Shown here: piece after piece, positions 36,221-49,690 of the stretch | Position numbering within the stretch: position 1 is the stretch's first letter | Layout of the letters: every line of letters begins with the position of its first letter | Source of the DNA: Octopus bimaculoides | Taxonomy: Eukaryota | Length of the DNA stretch: 64,000 bases | Reading direction: 5' to 3' | Assembly (NCBI RefSeq): GCF_001194135.2 | Contig: NC_068997.1 | Coordinates: forward strand, 1,265,738 to 1,329,737 | Program-made: the position numbers and the translations under genes | Notes under the pieces: model-generated | Seen by the model: only the letters and a program-made list of their open reading frames with translations | Told to the model about the DNA's origin: nothing | Database searches by the model: none

Positions 36221-36304
36221 TATATATATAATCACGAAAAGCAACACGGATTTTGAAGTTTATTGCAGTACGCATGTTTCATGTCTAAACCTAAGTGAAC
36301 GAGG

Positions 36305-36604
36305 TACAAGCAGTAACTGCACGACAACGTGAAGTATATTTGCCATTGTTTACACTTTTTCGAGATCAGTGAATTTTCGTCACTGGAAAAAGTATATATG
36401 TATTTGCATTGGGAGCCGTTCGCATCGAAGATCGGTGATTGTCGTACGCTGACGAAGGGTAAATACCCAGGAACTCGTGTCCGTGCGTATCACGTCAGAT
36501 CGACGATGGGAAGGATGACTTCCCTTTGCAAATACTGATAGGGCACAGAAAGTGTGTCAATAGACAGCGGAAGGAGATGTTCTCCTGGTGCTAAAAGCAA
36601 CAGT
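36305..36604 (+). mobile_element. Diverged copy of pLTR family 1, truncated by a gap
   Basis: cagtaactgcacgacaacgtg matches 14860; cactttttcgagatcagtgaa matches 15208; ggagatgttctcctggtgctaaaagcaacagt matches 15418. Confidence 0.75.
36443..36487 (+). ncRNA. Minimal HHR motif (canonical CUGACGA; GAAA changed to GGAA)
   Basis: cgtacg CTGACGA aggg-taaata-ccca GGAA ctcgtg TC cgtgcg; stem I is retained with different bases than at 15298. Confidence 0.65.
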
Positions 36605-36846
36605 NNNNNNNNNNNNNNNNNNNNNNNNNNNNNNNNNNNNNNNNNNNNNNNNNNNNNNNNNNNNNNNNNNNNNNNNNNNNNNNNNNNNNNNNNNNNNNNN
36701 NNNNNNNNNNNNNNNNNNNNNNNNNNNNNNNNNNNNNNNNNNNNNNNNNNNNNNNNNNNNNNNNNNNNNNNNNNNNNNNNNNNNNNNNNNNNNNNNNNNN
36801 NNNNNNNNNNNNNNNNNNNNNNNNNNNNNNNNNNNNNNNNNNNNNN

Positions 36847-36895
<49 letters not shown>

Positions 36896-36997
36896 GGGAG
36901 AGACAGAGAGACAGAGAGACAGAGAGACAGAGAGAGAAAAGGAGAGGGTAATAAAACTTTGCCTGTTTCCCTTTAATTTTCTGTCTTTTATACTCTG

Positions 36998-37225
36998 TGT
37001 AACTTTGATTTAACTTGCACTCCGTCGATTACGACAATGAAGGTGCCCAGTTGATCCCATCAACAGGATCGCCTGCTCATAAAATTAACGCACAAGTGGC
37101 TCTACTTTACAGACACGTGTACCCTTAACGTAGTCCTCAGGGTCATTGAACGTGACACAGAATGTGACAAAGCTGGCCCATGGAAATACAGGTACAACTC
37201 ATTCTTGCCTGCTGCGTAGACTGTT
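36998..37225 (-). mobile_element. SINE family C, 3' part
   Basis: cacagacacgtgtacccttaacgtagtcctcaggg...gtgacacagaatgtgacaaagctggccc...caggtacaactcatt is shared with 48665-48930 and 49378-49690. Confidence 0.75.
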
Positions 37226-37539
37226 TGTTCTATTAATATAAATGTCTATATATTTATACTTAAATTTATATGCATAAATACATACATATATGCATATAAT
37301 AACCATCCATCCGTCTGACTGTCTGTCTGACCGTCCGTTTCTCTCCTTCTCTCTCTCTCTATCCCTCCATGAACGCTTTTATGAATTTGTCCCTCTGTAT
37401 AAGTAAGCAAGTGGGTGTATATGTGAATGACCGTATGATGACAAGCATGGTTACGCATTCATTGTTGAAAAACCACAAGACAAGCATATTCCAACATCGG
37501 CATTTAGCATGCTTGTATTCTCACTCTCAAATATTACAC

Positions 37540-37586
<47 letters not shown>

Positions 37587-37778
37587 NNNNNNNNNNNNNN
37601 NNNNNNNNNNNNNNNNNNNNNNNNNNNNNNNNNNNNNNNNNNNNNNNNNNNNNNNNNNNNNNNNNNNNNNNNNNNNNNNNNNNNNNNNNNNNNNNNNNNN
37701 NNNNNNNNNNNNNNNNNNNNNNNNNNNNNNNNNNNNNNNNNNNNNNNNNNNNNNNNNNNNNNNNNNNNNNNNNNNNNN

Positions 37779-37827
<49 letters not shown>

Positions 37828-38024
37828 GGCTATCTGTTTTCCTATGTATTCGTTCGGTGGTCTGTAGTTCATTGTTCTAACGTCCTGTACCCTAATATGC
37901 ATCTATATACACATGTAGATGTAAGTATGTACATATATGTGTGTATACATGCATATATATTCTTTGTATTATGTATGTATGTATGAATGTATGTATGTAT
38001 GTATGCATGTACCTATGAATGTAC

Positions 38025-38085
<61 letters not shown>

Positions 38086-39069
38086 CATGCATACATACAT
38101 ACATATATTTACACAGAGATATCTGTTTATATATCGATGCAATGAATAGATTTAAAAGAAAAAAGCCCGCGAGAGATGATTTTTCCGAATTTGTGCAACT
38201 GAAAGTGTAGTGATTATATAAGCTGGAATCACAACATTTCCTGATTCAAACTGCTATAACGTAGCATTAATCTAAACACCAACTTGGGATATCTGCTCAG
38301 AAGATTAATTACATTTGTCTCTCTCACACAAACAGCTTGGAATCTTCTACAGACATTAGTTTGTTTACACACATGCTTCTCCCAGCTATCTTCTCACATT
38401 GGACCTCCTCCTCCGTCTCCTCCTATATTTGCAGAGGAATCTTTAGAAAGACTGTTCCACAAACAACTCCCCACCATCTCCACGATCGCCATACAATCTG
38501 GTCCACACAATACGCACAAGAACTTCGTATCATACACGCACAAAATCACAGGCAAACATGCACTAATACACAGACATAAATTTTGAGTATAAACAGGTAA
38601 CCAAACAAACATAAGCACACACGCACACACATACACTCACAAACATATTCTCACACACATGTACACGCAATTCGAGCGTTTTTCAATATCTCGGAAACAA
38701 TTGGGATTCTTTTACAGTGAGGCTTCCATACTTTACTTCTATTTTTATAAGCTCTTGTCGTATGTGAAAGGAATCAGAGAAAATGTGGTATTGACCTGTT
38801 GTCATGTGAACTAGTGTAATCTAAAACTGTTCTGGTAAATATGTGTAGGTGTATGCGCGTGTGTGTGTATGTACGCGTATGGAACCGAAAAGCGTGGGTG
38901 TATCACAACGTATGAGTTGTTAGACAAATGAATCATACAATATATATAAGCACACGCGCACACACACGCACACACACGCACACATATACACACACGCGCA
39001 CACACAGACACACACACACACACACACACACACGCTCACACACATGTTTGCATGTATGTATATAAATTC

Positions 39070-39139
<70 letters not shown>

Positions 39140-39269
39140 ACATATATGTATACATATATGTATGTATGTATATATATGTATGTATCGCAGTCATGCATAT
39201 GTCTGTATACACACACTAAGACAGGTAGACACGCACATTAGCTCACACACACATATGTATATATGTGTG

Positions 39270-39323
<54 letters not shown>

Positions 39324-39370
39324 TACATACATACATACATACATACATACATACATACATACATACATAC

Positions 39371-40114
39371 NNNNNNNNNNNNNNNNNNNNNNNNNNNNNN
39401 NNNNNNNNNNNNNNNNNNNNNNNNNNNNNNNNNNNNNNNNNNNNNNNNNNNNNNNNNNNNNNNNNNNNNNNNNNNNNNNNNNNNNNNNNNNNNNNNNNNN
39501 NNNNNNNNNNNNNNNNNNNNNNNNNNNNNNNNNNNNNNNNNNNNNNNNNNNNNNNNNNNNNNNNNNNNNNNNNNNNNNNNNNNNNNNNNNNNNNNNNNNN
39601 NNNNNNNNNNNNNNNNNNNNNNNNNNNNNNNNNNNNNNNNNNNNNNNNNNNNNNNNNNNNNNNNNNNNNNNNNNNNNNNNNNNNNNNNNNNNNNNNNNNN
39701 NNNNNNNNNNNNNNNNNNNNNNNNNNNNNNNNNNNNNNNNNNNNNNNNNNNNNNNNNNNNNNNNNNNNNNNNNNNNNNNNNNNNNNNNNNNNNNNNNNNN
39801 NNNNNNNNNNNNNNNNNNNNNNNNNNNNNNNNNNNNNNNNNNNNNNNNNNNNNNNNNNNNNNNNNNNNNNNNNNNNNNNNNNNNNNNNNNNNNNNNNNNN
39901 NNNNNNNNNNNNNNNNNNNNNNNNNNNNNNNNNNNNNNNNNNNNNNNNNNNNNNNNNNNNNNNNNNNNNNNNNNNNNNNNNNNNNNNNNNNNNNNNNNNN
40001 NNNNNNNNNNNNNNNNNNNNNNNNNNNNNNNNNNNNNNNNNNNNNNNNNNNNNNNNNNNNNNNNNNNNNNNNNNNNNNNNNNNNNNNNNNNNNNNNNNNN
40101 NNNNNNNNNNNNNN
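39371..40114. other. Assembly gap (others at 7438, 8538, 15164, 24141, 31345, 34266, 36605, 37587, 44781, 53602, 58174, 59398)
   Basis: N runs, mostly bordered by microsatellites. Confidence 0.98.
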
Positions 40115-41379
40115 CATACATACACATGTCCATACATGCATATATGTATGTATGTACGTATGCATGTATGTTTACAAATCTATAATACGTTCCAGAAGTT
40201 TATCATTTAAGTATATATGAGGATGTCTAGATATGCAAATACATGCATGAGAATACAGACATAAAACAAAACATACAAATCTGCACATGTGCATACATAA
40301 ATATACAAAAATACCATGCTGTTAATGTTGAAATTCCAATGAAGGAACCTTAGATCTAAGTTAGAAACCGGCTCTTTCTCAATTGGCAAGAAATCTTGAA
40401 ATAAAACTGAATAATTACATACATACATGCATACATACATACATACATACATACATACATACATACATACTGTATGGGTAACATTTAACATGAAAAACGT
40501 ATTCAGTGCATAGTTCTTCAAGTGGTGTTTTTCAACGAAGTACTACTTACAATTTTTTTTTACTAGATCTAGCTTGTTTCACTTGACACAAAAGGAAACG
40601 CTGTCCTTATTCCATTATATTTTTCCAGGTAAAATGTAAAAAACTAACCAAAATGATACGGGTAGTATTAGCTTGCATGGAAGAGGGTAAAAAGTGAGAG
40701 TTTTCGTTGTCAGCATTAACTCGTGTCTGAGTATTAAATCTATAGCCAGTATAGAAGAGTCGGGGTAGGGTTGACGGGTGATGACGTGCAAGTCGCTCTT
40801 GCGTCTTCAACGTTTGATTTCTGATTAATAAAGTAATAAAAGGAAAATAGTACGAATGTACAAACGGCGCCTGTTTTACATATCTCCCTTTATTATGTCT
40901 ACTCTCATTTTTCACCATATTTTCTCCTGCAAATTACCGGTTGTCACATTCATTTTACAGCTTGTCGAATTCCGGATCAGCAACAAATGCTGCTGAGCGC
41001 AACAGCATAAAACAATAAGGAACCTAGAATTGCCATTCTATTCCTGAATATAAATAGCAAATCACACACTAATTTATAGAAAAAGAAGCATGAAAAACTT
41101 ACCTGACCTAAATAAATTACACCAATACTCATTTGGTAAATAACATAGTTCATATATCATTTATTTTCGGGAACTATCTTTTTCAATCTAGTCCCCTTAG
41201 CAACGGACACAGCAACCCAAGCGCATCTTTTCTGCCTCAGAAAGCTTCTTAGAAGTCTTTCTAATTGTCAAACACTGTCTCTGATTCTGTTTGAATTTAA
41301 TAATTATAATATCGAAGGATCACTCCTTCAATAGCAATTTCATTTTGTGACACACACTCGGATCGCAGGCATGTAGATC

Positions 41380-41760
41380 TGGTATGTACAAAAATGTGGA
41401 ACGGCCACCTTCTTGTTATTTACCGAAAACTGTCATTTCGAGGGAAGTTTTCCGCATCTCCTAGCAGACTCTACAATTGATTCCAGTCATGTGAAAGAAC
41501 AGTTCAGCGACGATTCTCACGGATGCGTTCCTTTTCCAAATTTTCTGGTGTTTTACTAATGACTAATTACTTTAACGCATTCGTTAACTTGTGATATAAA
41601 ACGCACCCACGATCGTAGAAACGTAAGCCCCATTAGAAAACCTGTTTCACCTAAAAGCGTTCACTAAAATAGCCTGACGAGAATTTCTATCAGGTTTTCC
41701 GAGCATCAGAGACACTTCGACGCAAGAGCCGTTCTATGACGTCGTTACAAAAGCTCACAT
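41380..41760. mobile_element. Possible very old mariner-type remnant
   Basis: tagcctgacgagaatttctatcaggttttccgagca weakly resembles PDLAPSDFHLFRS; nothing else confirms it. Confidence 0.2.
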
Positions 41761-42940
41761 AATAATTGAATTGAAGGAAATAGCCTGGAGTCTCTTGTAG
41801 ACTAACTCATTAGGTTGACTAACAATGAGGGCCATATTTGCACGCAGTTTTGTTACTTTAAAAGCCAGTGCAATACAAATTAGAGAAACATAAGTCAGAA
41901 AGACACACACACACAAAAAGATACTCTTAAATTTATAACCTACTCTTTCAGGGGTTAAAATTCTATTATCAATAAAATGGAATTCGTTAACGAGCGAGTA
42001 TATTTCGCACAGATTTACTCAAAAGCACTAGTACTGTTATCAAAACCAGTTCACATTGTGCAAATCGCGTATACTGTTTATAGATGGATTTAATTTATGA
42101 ATGTTCATGTCGCATGCCATTCCTAAATAACTGTACCAAATACATTAACTTGTCGCTATTCTCATTTTTTTTTTTGATAAAGGGATTTTAATATCGAAAT
42201 ATAATGTAAAGTGTAAGGTATAGTTTGTCTCAATATTTTTATTGTCACTCCTTTATTTGCAGTTTTTATAGCACAAACTTACAAAGTAATTTTAACGAAT
42301 ATATTACATAATGCTTCACAACACACGCACACACACAAACACGCATACACACACACATACATACACACACACGCACGCGCGTGTGCTCACATACGCACAC
42401 ATATATAATCTTTTACATTAATTGGACTGCGGTTACGTTAGGGCATCATATGTTCTTTCTCCGACAGAAACAAGATGGTTTGAAATACGATATTTTTGTA
42501 GCGATTTGATTAACAATAACAACAACAACAACAACGACGATGATGATGATGATGATGATAGTAATGACGACTAAAGAACATACACAATGAATAAATTTGA
42601 TATTGTCAGTGCTTTATCTGATGGTGAACAAATAATGAATGTAAACAGAGTGGAAGGAGAGAAATATTTCGACAACTTATTATACGATTTCTACGATCGC
42701 TTTAGATTTTAGCATTTCATTGGCACACTCCTACAGAAATAGCACGAATCATCACCGAGACAACAGCAAGAGTAAGAACAACTATAGAAAGAACAAATTT
42801 AGCAACATGAAGTAACATAACTCTGATTGTGTAAGTAACATATCAGTAACAACAACATTAGAAGCAGCAATGGAAACAGCCAGTTGCTATGAACGATGTA
42901 TTCGAGCTGCTATTAAGTTTTCGTCCTTGCAGTGAAGCTC

Positions 42941-43009
42941 TAGATCAAAATTGATCCAGGCACCAGACCAAAATTGATCCAAGTCCCAGATCAAAACTGA
43001 TCCAGCAAA
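42941..43009 (+). repeat. 3 x 23-bp tandem repeat
   Basis: tagatcaaaattgatccaggcac / cagaccaaaattgatccaagtcc / cagatcaaaactgatccagcaaa. Confidence 0.85.
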
Positions 43010-43241
43010 CCTTAAGAATTAACACTATTCCAGCGGCAACCATCCTGTCTTCTTCCTGGAAATATGTTAAAATACATTATTCAATAGGAAATTTAGTTGC
43101 CATTTCTCGTCAAACAATCGGCCACAGTGTGTGAGGGACATCACATTAGACCGGAAGTGAAAATATTCAAATGATCTAAATTTATAAAATTAATCAGATT
43201 GTGCGTGTATAGATATGCCTGTATGTGTGTGTATGTGTGTG

Positions 43242-43317
<76 letters not shown>

Positions 43318-44267
43318 TGTATATACATGTGTGTACATGCATGTATATGCACACACACACACACACGCACGCACGCGCACGCACGCGCACACACACATAC
43401 ACGGACACACATATATATGTGTGACACACATTACCGTCTCAGGTGTGTCGATGTGTGGCCTAGTGGGTTGGGAGCAGCACTTATGATCGCGAGATCATAT
43501 CTGACTAGTGGCAAACTGTGCACATAAACAAGAGTTATCGATTTGATGGAGGGACACAAATATTTGATCATGATAAATAAAACATCTAAGCAGCTTGTTC
43601 AGCAAGAAATTGTGGAACCTAGAACAAACGTCTCGAATAGGAAAATTCTTCGAGTATTTAAAGACATGTTCAGTACCGTGATTTGTAACCTGTCGTGGCG
43701 TTTTTGTTTGCTCATCTGCTGTTGGGTTATTTAGTCTTGTGAAATGTGTTTTGGAATTTGTTGAGACTGAAATCAAATTTATTTGCAAATTTCTCATAAA
43801 TATTAATGGACGTGATCAAAGGAGACGGTAACATAACGAAAATAACTCAGGTTTCGCAAATAAGGGAAGGAGATGGATATGTACTGATGGATGTGTTTGT
43901 TGGTGAGGATGTAAGAAGTACTAAATGAGAAAATGATGCTTAATGAGGTGAATGTGGCATGCTAGATGGCAGAGAAGGGGACAATGAAGAATTATAGTTT
44001 TCGTGAGGTGACAGTGAGAATGTTAGCTCCACCTTAGTCGAGTGAGTAGTAGTGGGGCCAGAGGCGTTCCAACGATGGTCATCTCATCATTGTTTTCAAA
44101 CATCTAAGCATTTTTTTCCTTTTTACGGTGGGTGCGGATGTAATTTGTGGGACATTCGGCTGATATTTCTGGCAGCGTCTGCAGAAATAGCAGCCAAATA
44201 TCAACTGGTTGGTGGTGTTCTAGATGGCAAAGGTTTTTAATTGTTACTGAATATAAATATAAAGGTA

Positions 44268-44375
44268 TAGGCGTGGCTGTTTGATTAAGAAGGTTGCTTC
44301 CCAAATATGTGATCTTGGGTTCAGTCCTATTGCGTAACGCCTTGGACAAGTCTTCTACTATAGCTTCGGGCCGTG
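44268..44375 (+). mobile_element. SINE family B, 5' part
   Basis: aggcgtggctgtttgattaagaaggttgcttcccaaatatgtgatcttgggttcagtcctattgcgtaacgccttggacaagtcttctactatagcttcgggccg. Confidence 0.75.
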
Positions 44376-44445
44376 AAAGGTGTTGAGCATTTATCGTAGT
44401 GTTTTAGCTATTTCGTATATAGAAAGAAGACCGTCATGTAGATAT

Positions 44446-44491
<46 letters not shown>

Positions 44492-45088
44492 CCCGCACAC
44501 ACACACATATATATATACCAGAGTAGGCACATAAATGTGAAACAAGGTGGGAAAAAATAGTACTCGAACACCGGAGGTAGATTGATATGCTTTATTATTA
44601 AAGCTACAAAAAACATCACAAAAATATCACAAAATAGTATTACGTTACAATAGTATTATTTCCACTGTAAAGGTAGAATTATAATTAGGAAATAGTACCA
44701 ATTTTTGCTGGAATTAGCAGTCGATAACCGTAGAACGCTACGTAAAGCATGACTGAAGGTTTATATATATATATATATATNNNNNNNNNNATATCGTCTG
44801 AAGAAATGAACGTAGGAAGGTGATCGACCTGTTGCCCATGGATACTCGGACTACACTGGAATGTGCAGTGTGATCCGAAGAGACAAGTGATTTGTGGAAA
44901 TGCGCCTAGTGATGCATTAAACGTTTACAAATTCCATCCAAGATTTATTGTTATAATTACTATATTTATCCTACGTTATATTGGTACAGCTTGATGCAGC
45001 CCCCAAAACTGGTTCACCTTTGAGCCTCATTAGACTGTAGCCGGCATAAAGAAGCCTTATTTGCATACTCAAAACGTTTCCCGTAAAC

Positions 45089-45159
<71 letters not shown>

Positions 45160-45169
<10 letters not shown>

Positions 45170-45375
45170 TTGTTCCACCTTCACTACCAGTTAACAACCG
45201 GTGTTTCATTATATCCGTGTAACATATCGGTTCAGCAAAAAGGTTTGTTAAAGGAAGTACTAGGCTTTAGACATGATTATTAGTACTGGAGCCGATTTGT
45301 TCGATTAAACTCGTCATGGCGGTGCGCCAGCATGACCGCTGTTTAATGATGAAACAAGTAAAAGATAAAAGTGTA
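45160..45375 (+). mobile_element. SINE family B, 3' part
   Basis: ttaacaaccggtgtt...cggttcagcaaaa...ggcggtgcgccagcatgaccgc...gaaacaagtaaaagataaaag. Confidence 0.75.
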
Positions 45376-45748
45376 AAAGAAAAAATATATATAAATAGTA
45401 AATAAGAAATAACAAAAATGTAAAACAAATGCTAAATTAAATAAAAGTAAATAAATCAATAAAAAATGTCTGATGCAGAAAGTGCAGCAAAGCAGTGAAT
45501 TGCCGAGTTCAGCCTAGAATTGAAAGTTCAAAGGTGGAAGTAATAAAATGGAGTCATTTGTCGAAGACATTAGAAGACAAGCTGATGCTAGATAGATTCT
45601 CTATGACAACGGATCTCATAAAATTTCTAGTTGAACTAAATACTTTTCGTAACGTTATTATTATATCAGAGTTACTAATGTACTTTGAATATCTATTGGT
45701 GTAGCCTGCCGAATATCACAGAATAGAATTTGAAGGTTGAAGAATCGA

Positions 45749-45800
<52 letters not shown>

Positions 45801-46609
45801 TATGATATTTTTTTATAGTAACAGTTTTAGTTTTTCGTTTGTTCTCTTCCACGATAAAACAACGATATTATATTTACACTTTACTTCAGACAAACTCCAT
45901 TTGATAGAAAACTTCTCTTAGTAAAGTGATTATGTGAAAGCAAAAGAGGAGAGATTTGAATAGTGCAGAAGTGTATCACCATATTATTAACTCGACAGTA
46001 CAGCACATCTGCTGTAAACATAATAAAATGTATTACGTACTGTGTTACAAATAATGTGCTACATCTCGTTTGTAACAAATAATGTGTGATACACGTATAA
46101 TTAAGTAAAAAGAAAACTTTGTGTAAAAGCGAGTAAAAGTTAATAGAATATATCCAGAGTTGGGAATTGCAAATAATTAAAAGAAATAATATGATTGCAA
46201 AATTAGTATTTAAAAGTTGAAATTATAATAAAAGATCAAAATAAAGCTATAGGTGAGAAAATAAATAAGTAAACAAGGACACAAAAATATATAAGGCCAC
46301 GAATAAAAGAAGATGACAGAAGAAATGATAATAATAATAATAATAATAGAGAAGCGAAGCTGAAAAAAAAACTAGACAAAACTAAGAGGAGGGAGAAAAA
46401 ATAAAATAAAAAAGGAAGGGAAAGACGAAGAGAAAACTTGTACGAAAGAAAAAAGGAAAGAGAGGAGGGTGGTGAAAGAAGCGAGTTAACGTTATTAGAC
46501 AGAAGCCGTGCCGTAATGAATATTATGTATCGAAGATTACTGGAGTGATGGTGGGTCTGAAATCATGGGTTCTCAAAGAAGATCCATTAGACTGATAACG
46601 CAAATAACC

Positions 46610-48640
46610 ATAGTAAGACTCGCAGAACTAGAACAGATTTGTAGTACAATCCAACTTTAGTATTACCGTTAGAACCAATGAAGGTAGAGGATTTTTACAA
46701 TCTAATTTCTAGACACTTTCCAGTTAAGTGATAAATATCACAGAATTTTCAATAGGAGAACGCTCAAGCTGTTCCTGTTGTGAAAACTTCGCCCCTTTCA
46801 TAAACCAACATAATACAACTATTCTCAACAAAGCTAAAGGTACCACTGAAAAACCAGATCCAGAATGTAATTGTAAAGATCCGGGTGACTGTCCTTTAGA
46901 TGGAAATTAAAGGTATTGTTTATAGGGCTGAAGTTCAGCTGGCTAATACCAATACATACAAAACATATACAGGTTCCACTGAAATGGAGTCAGAAAGAGC
47001 TTATGTTCGCATAGGAATTCTTTCAAGTACTGGGAAAACAGGTCAGCAAACACTTGACAATTAAAAGAAACAGGATCTTCCCCCATTTAAAATTTACTGG
47101 TCCATATTTCAGAAGGCTACCCAATACAAGCAGGAACCATACGGGAACGCAATGAAATGTCCATTATGTCTGAGAAATAAGTTTTTTTTATCCTTATGCA
47201 GGATAAACATGCATTAAACCGCAATCTAGAGCGTCTGGGTTTTCGCAGTCATGCTTCTAGGCACCTAATGTACTGCCAAACAAATCCACATGGATAACCT
47301 ATTTGAACTTTACCATATATTCCCATTTTTATCGCGTACTTCCTCACTTAAAAAAAAAAAAACCCGTCAACTTTTATTACACATTATCTCCTTCTTTGAT
47401 TGTTTTAAATGATTATTTTTTGCCGCTCTATATACCATGTCGTTTCTGGTTTTTTCAACCACCTTATATAAGTTTATTTTAAGCTCATGTCAAGAAAGAT
47501 TTTTTTTACTATCATTATTTCAATATCGTATTTTTTGGAAGGTCTTGCAAGTTCTATTCATTCTTTTCCATTTGTATTATTTTATTGTTTTTTGTTTGTG
47601 TTTTGTACGCTATTAGTAGGACATAATTTGTTTCATAAAATTACATTTACCATAAAATTAGTATTTAAAACCTGTAGGGCTTTCAACAGCCACCAGCTTC
47701 ACAGAGACATTTCATCTATAATATGCATATTTTAATTATTTATAATTTTGAATTCATCCTAAATTACTTTCATTTGTCTTTGTATACAGCTTGCTCTCCT
47801 CTCTTCGTCATTTTATTGTTTGCATATGTTTAACATACTTGTCTATTTCTACAAGTACATACATATTTTGTATGGATGTGTGTGCATACTTTGTGTTGAT
47901 AGGAATGTATTTACGAATTTTTAATGTTATTTTACATGTGTTTATATATTATGGTATGCGAGTATGTATAAACATGTATATATATGTCTTCATATATGCA
48001 TGTGTATTTAAAGTGTACTAATACGTATGTAGATATATGTATTTGTGCTCACGTTCAGAGGTAGACGTAATCTTATGTATATACATTTTTTGTGTTTTTT
48101 TTACTTACACTTTCTCCTGTGGTTAATCTGATCTTTTCTTTAATACAGTAGGGCATTATATATCTTTGTATACTCAGTTAATTATTTAATTTCTCCTCTA
48201 TAATTTTTATTGTAAGCTTTTATTATAATTTCAACTTTTAAATACATAATTTTGCAATCCTATTATTCCTTTTAAGCATTTTCACTTCTTATTTCTGGCT
48301 ACATTCATTTTTACTCGCTATTAAAACAATTTTTTAATTTAATTGTTAATTATTGTTTATTCTAGCATTAAGGTTAACCCACTCTGGCAGCCAAACCATA
48401 CTGTTATTTTTTGAAATTAGTCACTCAATCAATTCAATTGCTTATTCGTTGAACTGTAATGATTACATGATGTTATATTATATCCTATTATATTGTTATA
48501 TTTAGCCACGTGATTTTTTCAATCAGTGTAATTGTCTGAAGAACGGTAGAGCGAAACTCTGAGTAACAGTTGAAGATAGTTTTCGGTTTTAGTAAATAAT
48601 ATGGATGTATGTCGGTTTCGACGATAAGCAGTAAGTTGTT
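46610..48640 (+). mobile_element. Penelope-like element, 3' part: linker, GIY-YIG endonuclease, long T-rich 3' region and pLTR with HHR
   Basis: YNPTFS...TN.G..FYNLISRHFP...YHRIFNR...INQHNTTILN...ECNCKDPGDCPLDGN, then GIVYRAEV...KTYTGSTE...IYWSI...CPLC (46610-47290), with an HHR about 1.25 kb downstream. Confidence 0.8.
48530..48571 (+). ncRNA. Minimal type-I HHR motif with intact core
   Basis: aattgt CTGAAGA acggtagagc GAAA ctctgag TA acagtt: 6-bp stem I (one G-U), near-palindromic stem III actc-t-gagt, GUA triplet; stem II is weak. Confidence 0.65.
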
Positions 48641-48664
48641 CGATCAACTGAATTATCAGCTCTT

Positions 48665-48930
48665 TGAATTAGAGTGTAAGTGGCGGAGTATTTCACAGAC
48701 ATTTGCATCCTAAAATTAAGTCTCAGGCAGAATGAACATGACACATGATAAGGCTGTGACGTTTTGAATTACAGGTACAATTCATTCAGCACGCATCTAT
48801 ACACTTTCTGCCTCTTCAGTTTTTATCGCAAGGCATGGATCGATCCTAGGTTATAGAAAATTACATTTTCCCATTTGGCTGCACATTGGGATCGAACCCG
48901 GATCACGTGCTTATAAAATGAACTCCTTAT
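48665..48930 (-). mobile_element. SINE family C, degenerate
   Basis: acatgacacatgataaggctg...tacaggtacaattcatt...gggatcgaacccggatcac (B-box-like on the minus strand). Confidence 0.55.
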
Positions 48931-49377
48931 CTATTAGACCATATCACTCACACACATACATACATCTATGTATGAATGAGGAAAAACGACTAAAGAGAAA
49001 TACAATAAAGAAAGGCAAATATATTAAAGTATGCAAAATCTATACAAAAAGCAGAAAGAAATTAAGGGGAAATAAGTACAATGGAAAGGTGAAATAATAT
49101 TTAAAAAAAATATTTTGTTATTCACTGACATCATTATATCATTAAGATATTTTATCATTTTTGTTTTTCGTTGCTGTTCAGGTTGAAAAATAAACAGTTT
49201 TGCATTAAGTTATTTTTTTCTATTATTAAAAGATTAAAGGTTAGAAATAATTTGAATATCGTCGAGCGGATTAAATTGTTTAGAAATACTTTGTGAGAGA
49301 GCAATCTAGAACTTCTCTTTTACGAAGATATAATCCCGAAGCCAATTTTGAATGTTTCCGAAAACAGACTGCCGGCT

Positions 49378-49690
49378 TAAATAGTCATTTCATCGATTAT
49401 GACGAGAGTTCTAGTTGATCTGATCAGTGGAACAGCTCGCTCACGAAATTGACGTACGAGTGACTGAACACTCCACAGACCCATGTATCTTTTGCGCAGT
49501 TCACAGAGAGATTCAGTATCACGTAGAGTGTGACAAGGCAAGCACTTTGACTTATAGGTGCAACTCAATTTTGACAACCGAGTGGAGTGGAGCAATGTGA
49601 AATGAAATATCTTGTTCAACGCGTTGCCCGGATTCGAACTCATGACCTTACGACCGTGAACCGAATACCCTGACGACTCAGCCACAGACG
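49378..49690 (-). mobile_element. SINE family C, full length
   Basis: Minus strand gtggctgagtcgtcagggtattcggttcacggtcgtaaggtcatgagttcgaatccgggc (tRNA-like head with A and B boxes) followed by the family C body. Confidence 0.8.

Noticed and set aside
39162-40220. Long ORFs of 270-352 aa, and similar ORFs at 7.3, 36.6, 37.4, 58.1 and 59.3 kb
   Set aside because: They consist of N-gap plus (TA)n/(TACA)n read-through and carry no coding information.
49625-49690. tRNA-like sequences (also 10104, 24270, 28350, 56277)
   Set aside because: No complete cloverleaf, and each continues into a repeated SINE body, so these are SINE heads.
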